A stretch of DNA of 64,000 bases from assembly GCA_964057225.1 (NCBI GenBank), contig OZ059896.1, positions 20,584,001 to 20,648,000 on the forward strand. The letters are read 5' to 3'. This document shows, piece after piece, positions 37,001 through 50,300 of this stretch. Origin of the DNA: Auanema rhodensis (Eukaryota; Animalia; Nematoda). The notes under the pieces are model-generated. The model was not told where the DNA came from and made no database searches. It worked only from the letters and a program-made list of their open reading frames with translations. Within the stretch, counting starts at the first letter, position 1; every line of letters starts with the position of its first letter. Made by a program: the position numbers and the translations under genes.

Positions 37001-40000
37001 TGATAACACAGATCGACGCAGCTTAAAAATCTGCATCGAATGCACTATACTACATCAAGAAACGCTTGATACAAAAATTAGTTATGATCGTTTGAAAAAT
37101 GATGCATTAGTGTATGTTGAGTTTCCATGTACACTCAACATTGCTTCCAAAAACATTTTGACAAAAATTTTTTCGAAAAATTTCAAAATAATTTAGCAAA
37201 AAGTAGATGTTTTTAGATTCCATTTTTCAAGGCAAAGACGATAGACAATGTTATTCAACGAAAAAATTAATTCTTCAGGGTGAAAATCGAGGATATAAGT
37301 GTGAACTTATATCAGTTGATATCTCGGTGCATTTTTAAGCTAGCGCAAATCTGATAACACAGATCGACGCAGCTTAAAAATCCGCATCGAATGCACTATA
37401 CTACATTGAGAAACGCTTAATACACAAATTAGTTATGATCGTTTGAAAAATGATGCATTAGTGTATGTTGAGTTTCCATGTACACTCAACATTGCTTCCA
37501 AAAACAGTTTGACAAAAATTTTTTCGAAAAATTTCAAAATAATTTAGCAAAAAGTAGATGTTTTTAGATTTCTTTTTTCAAGGCAAAGACGATGGACAAT
37601 GTTATTCAACGAAAAAATTAATTCTTCAGGGTGAAAATCGAGGATATAAGTGTGAACTTATATCAGTTGATATCTCGGTGCATTTTTAAGCTAGCGCAAA
37701 TCTGATAACACAGATCGACGCAGCTTAAAAATCCGCATCGAATGCACTATACTACATCAAGAAACGCTTGATACAAAAATTAGTTATGATCGTTTGAAAA
37801 ATGATGCATTAGTGTATGTTGAGTTTCCATGTACACTCAACATTGCTTCCAAAAACAGTTTGACAAAAATTTTTTCGAAAAATTTCAAAATAATTTAGCA
37901 AAAAGTAGATATTTTTAGATTTCTTTTTTCAAGGCAAAGACGATGGACAATGTTATTCAACGAAAAAATTAATTCTTCAGGGTGAAAATCGAGGATATAA
38001 GTGTGAACTTATATCAGTTGATATCTCGGTGCATTTTTAAGCTAGCGCAAATCTGATAACACAGATCGACGCAGCTTAAAAATCCGCATCGAATGCACTA
38101 TACTACATTGAGAAACGCTTAATACAAAAATTAGTTATGATCGTTTGAAAAATGATGCATTAGTGTATGTTGAGTTTCCATGTACACTCAACATTGCTTC
38201 CAAAAACATTTTGACAAAAATTTTTTCGAAAAATTTCAAAATAATTTAGCAAAAAGTAGATGTTTTTAGATTCCTTTTTTTAAGGCAAAGACGATGGACA
38301 ATGTTATTCAACGAAAAAATTAATTCTTCAGGGTGAAAATCGAGGATATAAGTGTGAACTTATATCAGTTGATATCTCGGTGCATTTTTAAGCTAGCGCA
38401 AATCTGATAACACAGATCGGCGCAGCTTAAAAATCCGCATCGAATGCACTATACTACATTGAGAAACGCTTAATACACAAATTAGTTATGATCGTTTGAA
38501 AAATGATGCATTAGTGTATGTTGAGTTTCCATGTACACTCAACATTGCTTCCAAAAACAGTTTGACAAAAATTTTTTCGAAAAATTTCAAAATAATTTAG
38601 CAGAAAGTAGATGTTTTTAGATTTCTTTTTTCAAGGCAAAGACGATGGACAATGTTATTCAACGAAAAAATTAATTCTTCAGGGTGAAAATCGAGGATAT
38701 AAGTGTGAACTTATATCAGTTGATATCTCGGTGCATTTTTAAGCTAGCGCAAATCTGATAACACAGATCGACGCAGCTTAAAAATCCGCATCGAATGCAC
38801 TATACTACATCAAGAAACGCTTGATACAAAAATTAGTTATGATCGTTTGAAAAATGATGCATTAGTGTATGTTGAGTTTCCATGTACACTCAACATTGCT
38901 TCCAAAAACAGTTTGACAAAAATTTTTTCGAAAAATTTCAAAATAATTTAGCAAAAAGTAGATATTTTTAGATTTCTTTTTTCAAGGCAAAGACGATGGA
39001 CAATGTTATTCAACGAAAAAATTAATTCTTCAGGGTGAAAATCGAGGATATAAGTGTGAACTTATATCAGTTGATATCTCGGTGCATTTTTAAGCTAGCG
39101 CAAATCTGATAACACAGATCGACGCAGCTTAAAAATCCGCATCGAATGCACTATACTACATTGAGAAACGCTTAATACAAAAATTAGTTATGATCGTTTG
39201 AAAAATGATGCATTAGTGTATGTTGAGTTTCCATGTACACTCAACATTGCTTCCAAAAACATTTTGACAAAAATTTTTTCGAAAAATTTCAAAATAATTT
39301 AGCAAAAAGTAGATGTTTTTAGATTCCTTTTTTTAAGGCAAAGACGATGGACAATGTTATTCAACGAAAAAATTAATTCTTCAGGGTGAAAATCGAGGAT
39401 ATAAGTGTGAACTTATATCAGTTGATATCTCGGTGCATTTTTAAGCTAGCGCAAATCTGATAACACAGATCGACGCAGCTTAAAAATCTGCATCGAATGC
39501 ACTATACTACATCAAGAAACGCTTGATACAAAAATTAGTTATGATCGTTTGAAAAATGATGCATTAGTGTATGTTGAGTTTCCATGTACACTCAACATTG
39601 CTTCCAAAAACATTTTGACAAAAATTTTTTCGAAAAATTTCAAAATAATTTAGCAAAAAGTAGATGTTTTTAGATTCCATTTTTCAAGGCAAAGACGATA
39701 GACAATGTTATTCAACGAAAAAATTAATTCTTCAGGGTGAAAATCGAGGATATAAGTGTGAACTTATATCAGTTGATATCTCGGTGCATTTTTAAGCTAG
39801 CGCAAATCTGATAACACAGATCGACGCAGCTTAAAAATCCGCATCGAATGCACTATACTACATTGAGAAACGCTTAATACACAAATTAGTTATGATCGTT
39901 TGAAAAATGATGCATTAGTGTATGTTGAGTTTCCATGTACACTCAACATTGCTTCCAAAAACAGTTTGACAAAAATTTTTTCGAAAAATTTCAAAATAAT

Positions 40001-42095
40001 TTAGCAAAAAGTAGATGTTTTTAGATTTCTTTTTTCAAGGCAAAGACGATGGACAATGTTATTCAACGAAAAAATTAATTCTTCAGGGTGAAAATCGAGG
40101 ATATAAGTGTGAACTTATATCAGTTGATATCTCGGTGCATTTTTAAGCTAGCGCAAATCTGATAACACAGATCGACGCAGCTTAAAAATCCGCATCGAAT
40201 GCACTATACTACATCAAGAAACGCTTGATACAAAAATTAGTTATGATCGTTTGAAAAATGATGCATTAGTGTATGTTGAGTTTCCATGTACACTCAACAT
40301 TGCTTCCAAAAACATTTTGACAAAAATTTTTTCGAAAAATTTCAAAATAATTTAGCAAGAAGTAGATGTTTTTAGATTTCTTTTTTCAAGGCAAAGACGA
40401 TGGACAATGTTATTCAACGAAAAAATTAATTCTTCAGGGTGAAAATCGAGGATATAAGTGTGAACTTACATCAGTTGATATCTCGGTGCATTTTTAAGCT
40501 AGCGCAAATCTGATAACACAGATCGACGCAGCTTAAAAATCCGCATCGAATGCACTATACTACATTGAGAAACGCTTGATACAAAAATTAGTTATGATCG
40601 TTTGAAAAATGATGCATTAGTGTATGTTGAGTTTCCATGTACACTCAACATTGCTTCCAAAAACATTTTGACAAAAATTTTTTCGAAAAATTTCAAAATA
40701 ATTTAGCAAAAAGTAGATGTTTTTAGATTCCATTTTTCAAGGCAAAGACGATAGACAATGTTATTCAACGAAAAAATCAATTCTTCAGGGTGAAAATCGA
40801 GGATATAAGTGTGAACTTATATCAGTTGATATCTCGGTGCATTTTTAAGCTAGCGCAAATCTGATAACACAGATCGACGCAGCTTAAAAATCCGCATCGA
40901 ATGCACTATATTACATTGAGAAACGCTTGATACAAAAATTAGTTATGATCGTTTGAAAAATGATGCATTAGTGTATGTTGAGTTTCCATGTACACTCAAC
41001 ATTGCTTCCAAAAACATTTTGACAAAAATTTTTTCGAAAAATTTCAAAATAATTTAGCAAAAAGTAGATGTTTTTAGATTCCATTTTTCAAGGCAAAGAC
41101 GATAGACAATGTTATTCAACGAAAAAATTAATTCTTCAGGGTGAAAATCGAGGATATAAGTGTGAACTTATATCAGTTGATATCTCGGTGCATTTTTAAG
41201 CTAGCGCAAATCTGATAACACAGATCGACGCAGCTTAAAAATCCGCATCGAATGCACTATACTACATCAAGAAACGCTTGATACAAAAATTAGTTATGAT
41301 CGTTTGAAAAATGATGCATTAGTGTATGTTGAGTTTCCATGTACACTCAACATTGCTTCCAAAAACATTTTGACAAAAATTTTTTCGAAAAATTTCAAAA
41401 TAATTTAGCAAGAAGTAGATGTTTTTAGATTTCTTTTTTCAAGGCAAAGACGATGGACAATGTTATTCAACGAAAAAATTAATTCTTCAGGGTGAAAATC
41501 GAGGATATAAGTGTGAACTTACATCAGTTGATATCTCGGTGCATTTTTAAGCTAGCGCAAATCTGATAACACAGATCGACGCAGCTTAAAAATCCGCATC
41601 GAATGCACTATACTACATTGAGAAACGCTTGATACAAAAATTAGTTATGATCGTTTGAAAAATGATGCATTAGTGTATGTTGAGTTTCCATGTACACTCA
41701 ACATTGCTTCCAAAAACATTTTGACAAAAATTTTTTCGAAAAATTTCAAAATAATTTAGCAAAAAGTAGATGTTTTTAGATTCCATTTTTCAAGGCAAAG
41801 ACGATAGACAATGTTATTCAACGAAAAAATTAATTCTTCAGGGTGAAAATCGAGGATATAAGTGTGAACTTATATCAGTTGATATCTCGGTGCATTTTCA
41901 AGCTAGCGCAAATCTGATAACACAGATCGACGCAGCTTAAAAATCCGCATCGAATGCACTATACTACATTGAGAAACGCTTGATACAAAAATTAGTTATG
42001 ATCGTTTGAAAAATGATGCATTAGTGTATGTTGAGTTTCCATGTACACTCAACATTGCTTCCAAAAACATTTTGACAAAAATTTTTTCAAAAAAT
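28056..42095. repeat. HOR domain 3 (monomers 81-120): 4-mer-based, all monomers 351 bp
   Basis: Markers ACAGTTTG, TTAATACACAA, GTAGATATTT and GATTTCTTTTTTC. There are no length variants (phase shifts regularly by 351). Confidence 0.8.
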
Positions 42096-45000
42096 TTCAA
42101 AATAATTTAGCAAAAAGTAGATGTTTTTAGATTCCATTTTTCAAGGCAAAGACGATAGACAATGTTATTCAACGAAAAAATTAATTCTTCAGGGTGAAAA
42201 TCGAGGATATAAGTGTGAACTTATATCAGTTGATATCTCGGTGCATTTTCAAGCTAGCGCAAATCTGATAACACAGATCGACGCAGCTTAAAAATCCGCA
42301 TCGAATGCACTATACTACATTGAGAAACGCTTGATACAAAAATTAGTTATGATCGTTTGAAAAATGATGCATTAGTGTATGTTGAGTTTCCATGTACACT
42401 CAACATTGCTTCCAAAAACATTTTGACAAAAATTTTTTCGAAATATTTCAAAATAATTTAGCAAAAAGTAGATGTTTTTAGATTCCTTTTTTTAAGGCAA
42501 AGACGATGGACAATGTTATTCAACGAAAAAATTAATTCTTCAGGACGAAAATCGAGGATATAAGTGTGAACTTATATCAGTTGATATCTCGGTGCATTTT
42601 TAAGCTAGCGCAAATCTGATAACACAGATCGGCGCAGCTTAAAATCCGCATCGAATGCACTATACTACATTGAGAAACGCTTGATACAAAAATTAGTTAT
42701 GATCGTTTGAAAAATGATGCATTAGTGTATGTTGAGTTTCCATGTACACTCAACATTGCTTCCAAAAACATTTTGACAAAAATTTTTTCGAAAAATTTCA
42801 AAATAATTTAGCAAAAAGTAGATGTTTTTAGATTCCATTTTTCAAGGCAAAGACGATAGACAATGTTATTCAACGAAAAAATTAATTCTTCAGGGTGAAA
42901 ATCGAGGATATAAGTGTGAACTTATATCAGTTGATATCTCGGTGCATTTTTAAGCTAGCGCAAATCTGATAACACAGATCGACGCAGCTTAAAAATCTGC
43001 ATCGAATGCACTATACTACATCAAGAAACGCTCGATACAAAAATTAGTTATGATCGTTTGAAAAATGATGCATTAGTGTATGTTGAGTTTCCATGTACAC
43101 TCAACATTGCTTCCAAAAACATTTTGACAAAAATTTTTTCAAAAAATTTCAAAATAATTTAGCAAAAAGTAGATGTTTTTAGATTCCATTTTTCAAGGCA
43201 AAGACGATAGACAATGTTATTCAACGAAAAAATTAATTCTTCAGGGTGAAAATCGAGGATATAAGTGTGAACTTATATCAGTTGATATCTCGGTGCATTT
43301 TCAAGCTAGCGCAAATCTGATAACACAGATCGACGCAGCTTAAAAATCCGCATCGAATGCACTATACTACATTGAGAAACGCTTGATACAAAAATTAGTT
43401 ATGATCGTTTGAAAAATGATGCATTAGTGTATGTTGAGTTTCCATGTACACTCAACATTGCTTCCAAAAACATTTTGACAAAAATTTTTTCGAAATATTT
43501 CAAAATAATTTAGCAAAAAGTAGATGTTTTTAGATTCCTTTTTTTAAGGCAAAGACGATGGACAATGTTATTCAACGAAAAAATTAATTCTTCAGGACGA
43601 AAATCGAGGATATAAGTGTGAACTTATATCAGTTGATATCTCGGTGCATTTTTAAGCTAGCGCAAATCTGATAACACAGATCGGCGCAGCTTAAAATCCG
43701 CATCGAATGCACTATACTACATTGAGAAACGCTTGATACAAAAATTAGTTATGATCGTTTGAAAAATGATGCATTAGTGTATGTTGAGTTTCCATGTACA
43801 CTCAACATTGCTTCCAAAAACATTTTGACAAAAATTTTTTCGAAAAATTTCAAAATAATTTAGCAAAAAGTAGATGTTTTTAGATTCCATTTTTCAAGGC
43901 AAAGACGATAGACAATGTTATTCAACGAAAAAATTAATTCTTCAGGGTGAAAATCGAGGATATAAGTGTGAACTTATATCAGTTGATATCTCGGTGCATT
44001 TTTAAGCTAGCGCAAATCTGATAACACAGATCGACGCAGCTTAAAAATCTGCATCGAATGCACTATACTACATCAAGAAACGCTCGATACAAAAATTAGT
44101 TATGATCGTTTGAAAAATGATGCATTAGTGTATGTTGAGTTTCCATGTACACTCAACATTGCTTCCAAAAACATTTTGACAAAAATTTTTTCGAAAAATT
44201 TCAAAATAATTTAGCAAAAAGTAGATGTTTTTAGATTCCTTTTTTCAAGGCAAAGACGATGGACAATGTTATTCAACGAAAAAATTAATTCTTCAGGGTG
44301 AAAATAGAGGATATAAGTGTGAACTTATGTCAGTTGATATCTCGGTGCATTTTTAAGCTAGCGCAAATCTGATAACACAGATCGACGCAGCTTACAAATC
44401 TGCATCGAATGCACTATACTACATCAAGAAACGCTTGATACAAAAATTAGTTATGATCGTTTGAAAAATGATGCATTAGTGTATGTTGAGTTTCCATGTA
44501 CACTCAACATTGCTTCCAAAAACATTTTGACAAAAATTTTTTCGAAAAATTTCAAAATAATTTAGCAAAAAGTAGATGTTTTTAGATTCCATTTTTCAAG
44601 GCAAAGACGATAGACAATGTTATTCAACGAAAAAATTAATTCTTCAGGGTGAAAATCGAGGATATATGTGTGAACTTATATCAGTTGATATCTCGGTGCA
44701 TTTTTAAGCTAGCGCAAATCTGATAACACAGATCGACGCAGCTTAAAAATCCACATCGAATGCACTATACTACATTGAGAAACGCTTGATACAAAAATTA
44801 GTTATGATCGTTTGAAAAATGATGCATTAGTGTATGTTGAGTTTCCATGTACACTCAACATTGCTTCCAAAAACATTTTGACAAAAATTTTTTCGAAAAA
44901 TTTCAAAATAATTTAGCAAAAAGTAGATGTTTTTAGATTCCTTTTTTCAAGGCAAAGACGATGGACAATGTTATTCAACGAAAAAATTAATTCTTCAGGG

Positions 45001-47355
45001 TGAAAATCGAGGATATAAGTGTGAACTTATATCAGTTGATATCTCGGTGCATTTTTAAGCTAGCGCAAATCTGATAACACAGATCGGCGCAGCTTAAAAT
45101 CCGCATCGAATGCACTATACTACATTGAGAAACGCTTGATACAAAAATTAGTTATGATCGTTTGAAAAATGATGCATTAGTGTATGTTGAGTTTCCATGT
45201 ACACTCAACATTGCTTCCAAAAACATTTTGATAAAAATTTTTTCGAAAAATTTCAAAATAATTTAGCAAAAAGTAGATGTTTTTAGATTCCATTTTTCAA
45301 GGCAAAGACGATAGACAATGTTATTCAACGAAAAAATTAATTCTTCAGGGTGAAAATCGAGGATATAAGTGTGAACTTATATCAGTTGATATCTCGGTGC
45401 ATTTTTAAGCTAGCGCAAATCTGATAACACAGATCGACGCAGCTTAAAAATCCACATCGAATGCACTATACTACATCAAGAAACGCTTGATACAAAAATT
45501 AGTTATGATCGTTTGAAAAATGATGCATTAGTGTATGTTGAGTTTCCATGTACACTCAACATTGCTTCCAAAAACATTTTGACAAAAATTTTTTCGAAAA
45601 ATTTCAGAATAATTTAGCAAAAAGTAGATGTTTTTAGATTCCTTTTTTCAAGGCAAAGACGATGGACAATGTTATTCAACGAAAAAATTAATTCTTCAGG
45701 GTGAAAATCGAGGATATAAGTGTGAACTTATGTCAGTTGATATCTCGGTGCATTTTTAAGCTAGCGCAAATCTGATAACACAGATCGGCGCAGCTTAAAA
45801 TCCGCATCGAATGCACTATACTACATTGAGAAACGCTTGATACAAAAATTAGTTATGATCGTTTGAAAAATGATGCATTAGTGTATGTTGAGTTTCCATG
45901 TACACTCAACATTGCTTCCAAAAACATTTTGACAAAAATTTTTTCGAAAAATTTCAAAATAATTTAGCAAAAAGTAGATGTTTTTAGATTCCATTTTTCA
46001 AGGCAAAGACGATAGACAATGTTTTTCAACGAAAAAATTAATTCTTCAGGGTGAAAATCGAGGATATAAGTGTGAACTTATATCAGTTGATATCTCGGTG
46101 CATTTTTAAGCTAGCGCAAATCTGATAACACAGATCGACGCAGCTTAAAAATCCACATCGAATGCACTATACTACATTGAAAAACGCTTGATACAAAAAT
46201 TAGTTATGATCGTTTGAAAAATGATGCATTAGTGTATGTTGAGTTTCCATGTACACTCAACATTGCTTCCAAAAACATTTTGACAAAAATTTTTTCGAAA
46301 AATTTCAAAATAATTTAGCAAAAAGTAGATGTTTTTAGATTCCTTTTTTCAAGGCGAAGACGATGGACAATGTTATTCAACGAAAAAATTAATTCTTCAG
46401 GGTGAAAATCGAGGATATAAGTGTGAACTTATATCAGTTGATATCTCGGTGCATTTTTAAGCTAGCGCAAATCTGATAACACAGATCGGCGCAGCTTAAA
46501 ATCCGCATCGAATGCACTATACTACATTGAGAAACGCTTGATACAAAAATTAGTTATGATCGTTTGAAAAATGATGCATTAGTGTATGTTGAGTTTCCAT
46601 GTACACTCAACATTGCTTCCAAAAACATTTTGATAAAAATTTTTTCGAAAAATTTCAAAATAATTTAGCAAAAAGTAGATGTTTTTAGATTCCATTTTTC
46701 AAGGCAAAGACGATAGACAATGTTATTCAACGAAAAAATTAATTCTTCAGGGTGAAAATCGAGGATATAAGTGTGAACTTATATCAGTTGATATCTCGGT
46801 GCATTTTTAAGCTAGCGCAAATCTGATAACACAGATCGACGCAGCTTAAAAATCCACATCGAATGCACTATACTACATCAAGAAACGCTTGATACAAAAA
46901 TTAGTTATGATCGTTTGAAAAATGATGCATTAGTGTATGTTGAGTTTCCATGTACACTCAACATTGCTTCCAAAAACATTTTGACAAAAATTTTTTCGAA
47001 ATATTTCAAAATAATTTAGCAAAAAGTAGATGTTTTTAGATTCCATTTTTCAAGGCAAAGACGATAGACAATGTTATTCAACGAAAAAATTAATTCTTCA
47101 GGGTGAAAATCGAGGATATAAGTGTGAACTTATATCAGTTGATATCTCGGTGCATTTTTAAGCTAGCGCAAATCTGATAACACAGATCGACGCAGCTTAA
47201 AAATCTGCATCGAATGCACTATACTACATCAAGAAACGCTCGATACAAAAATTAGTTATGATCGTTTGAAAAATGATGCATTAGTGTATGTTGAGTTTCC
47301 ATGTACACTCAACATTGCTTCCAAAAACATTTTGACAAAAATTTTTTCGAAAAAT
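42096..47355. repeat. Duplicated trimer (42096-44199) followed by a re-appearance of domain-2-type monomers (44200-47355)
   Basis: CAGGACG + 350-bp monomers at 42447 and 43499 (offset 1052). Domain 2 markers then return: AATAGAGG in the monomer at 44200, TTCAGAAT at 45603, TTGATAAAAA in monomers 44902 and 46304. Confidence 0.8.
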
Positions 47356-50300
47356 TTCAAAATAATTTAGCAAAAAGTAGATGTTTTTAGATTCCATTTT
47401 TCAAGGCAAAGACGATAGATAATGTTATTCAACGAAAAAATTAATTCTTCAGGGTGAAAATCGAGGATATATGTGTGAACTTATATCAGTTGATATCTCG
47501 GTGCATTTTTAAGATAGCGCAAATCTGATAACACAGATCGACGCAGCTTAAAAATCTGCATCGAATGCACTATACTACATCAAGAAACGCTTGATACAAA
47601 AATTAGTTATGATCGTTTGAAAAATGATGCATTAGTGTATGTTGAGTTTCCATGTACACTCAACATTGCTTCCAAAAACATTTTGACAAAAATTTTTTCG
47701 AAAAATTTCAAAATAATTTAGCAAAAAGTAGATGTTTTTAGATTCCATTTTTCAAGGCAAAGACGATAGACAATGTTATTCAACGAAAAAATTAATTCTT
47801 CAGGGTGAAAATCGAGGATATAAGTGTGAACTTATATCAGTTGATATCTCGGTGCATTTTTAAGCTAGCGCAAATCTGATAACACAGATCGACGCAGCTT
47901 AAAAATCCGCATCGAATGCACTATACTACATTGAGAAACGCTTAATACACAAATTAGTTATGATCGTTTGAAAAATGATGCATTAGTGTATGTTGAGTTT
48001 CCATGTACACTCAACATTGCTTCCAAAAACAGTTTGACAAAAATTTTTTCGAAAAATTTCAAAATAATTTAGCAAAAAGTAGATGTTTTTAGATTTCTTT
48101 TTTCAAGGCAAAGACGATGGACAATGTTATTCAACGAAAAAATTAATTCTTCAGGGTGAAAATCGAGGATATAAGTGTGAACTTATATCAGTTGATATCT
48201 CGGTGCATTTTTAAGCTAGCGCAAATCTGATAACACAGATCGACGCAGCTTAAAAATCCGCATCGAATGCACTATACTACATCAAGAAACGCTTGATACA
48301 AAAATTAGTTATGATCGTTTGAAAAATGATGCATTAGTGTATGTTGAGTTTCCATGTACACTCAACATTGCTTCCAAAAACATTTTGACAAAAATTTTTT
48401 CGAAAAATTTCAAAATAATTTAGCAAGAAGTAGATGTTTTTAGATTTCTTTTTTCAAGGCAAAGACGATGGACAATGTTATTCAACGAAAAAATTAATTC
48501 TTCAGGGTGAAAATCGAGGATATAAGTGTGAACTTACATCAGTTGATATCTCGGTGCATTTTTAAGCTAGCGCAAATCTGATAACACAGATCGACGCAGC
48601 TTAAAAATCCGCATCGAATGCACTATACTACATTGAGAAACGCTTGATACAAAAATTAGTTATGATCGTTTGAAAAATGATGCATTAGTGTATGTTGAGT
48701 TTCCATGTACACTCAACATTGCTTCCAAAAACATTTTGACAAAAATTTTTTCGAAAAATTTCAAAATAATTTAGCAAAAAGTAGATGTTTTTAGATTCCA
48801 TTTTTCAAGGCAAAGACGATAGATAATGTTATTCAACGAAAAAATTAATTCTTCAGGGTGAAAATCGAGGATATATGTGTGAACTTATATCAGTTGATAT
48901 CTCGGTGCATTTTTAAGATAGCGCAAATCTGATAACACAGATCGACGCAGCTTAAAAATCTGCATCGAATGCACTATACTACATCAAGAAACGCTTGATA
49001 CAAAAATTAGTTATGATCGTTTGAAAAATGATGCATTAGTGTATGTTGAGTTTCCATGTACACTCAACATTGCTTCCAAAAACATTTTGACAAAAATTTT
49101 TTCGAAAAATTTCAAAATAATTTAGCAAGAAGTAGATGTTTTTAGATTTCTTTTTTCAAGGCAAAGACGATGGACAATGTTATTCAACGAAAAAATTAAT
49201 TCTTCAGGGTGAAAATCGAGGATATAAGTGTGAACTTACATCAGTTGATATCTCGGTGCATTTTTAAGCTAGCGCAAATCTGATAACACAGATCGACGCA
49301 GCTTAAAAATCCGCATCGAATGCACTATACTACATTGAGAAACGCTTGATACAAAAATTAGTTATGATCGTTTGAAAAATGATGCATTAGTGTATGTTGA
49401 GTTTCCATGTACACTCAACATTGCTTCCAAAAACATTTTGACAAAAATTTTTTCGAAAAATTTCAAAATAATTTAGCAAAAAGTAGATGTTTTTAGATTC
49501 CATTTTTCAAGGCAAAGACGATAGATAATGTTATTCAACGAAAAAATTAATTCTTCAGGGTGAAAATCGAGGATATATGTGTGAACTTATATCAGTTGAT
49601 ATCTCGGTGCATTTTTAAGATAGCGCAAATCTGATAACACAGATCGACGCAGCTTAAAAATCTGCATCGAATGCACTATACTACATCAAGAAACGCTTGA
49701 TACAAAAATTAGTTATGATCGTTTGAAAAATGATGCATTAGTGTATGTTGAGTTTCCATGTACACTCAACATTGCTTCCAAAAACATTTTGACAAAAATT
49801 TTTTCGAAAAATTTCAAAATAATTTAGCAAAAAGTAGATGTTTTTAGATTCCATTTTTCAAGGCAAAGACGATAGACAATGTTATTCAACGAAAAAATTA
49901 ATTCTTCAGGGTGAAAATCGAGGATATAAGTGTGAACTTATATCAGTTGATATCTCGGTGCATTTTTAAGCTAGCGCAAATCTGATAACACAGATCGACG
50001 CAGCTTAAAAATCCGCATCGAATGCACTATACTACATTGAGAAACGCTTAATACACAAATTAGTTATGATCGTTTGAAAAATGATGCATTAGTGTATGTT
50101 GAGTTTCCATGTACACTCAACATTGCTTCCAAAAACAGTTTGACAAAAATTTTTTCGAAAAATTTCAAAATAATTTAGCAAAAAGTAGATGTTTTTAGAT
50201 TTCTTTTTTCAAGGCAAAGACGATGGACAATGTTATTCAACGAAAAAATTAATTCTTCAGGGTGAAAATCGAGGATATAAGTGTGAACTTATATCAGTTG

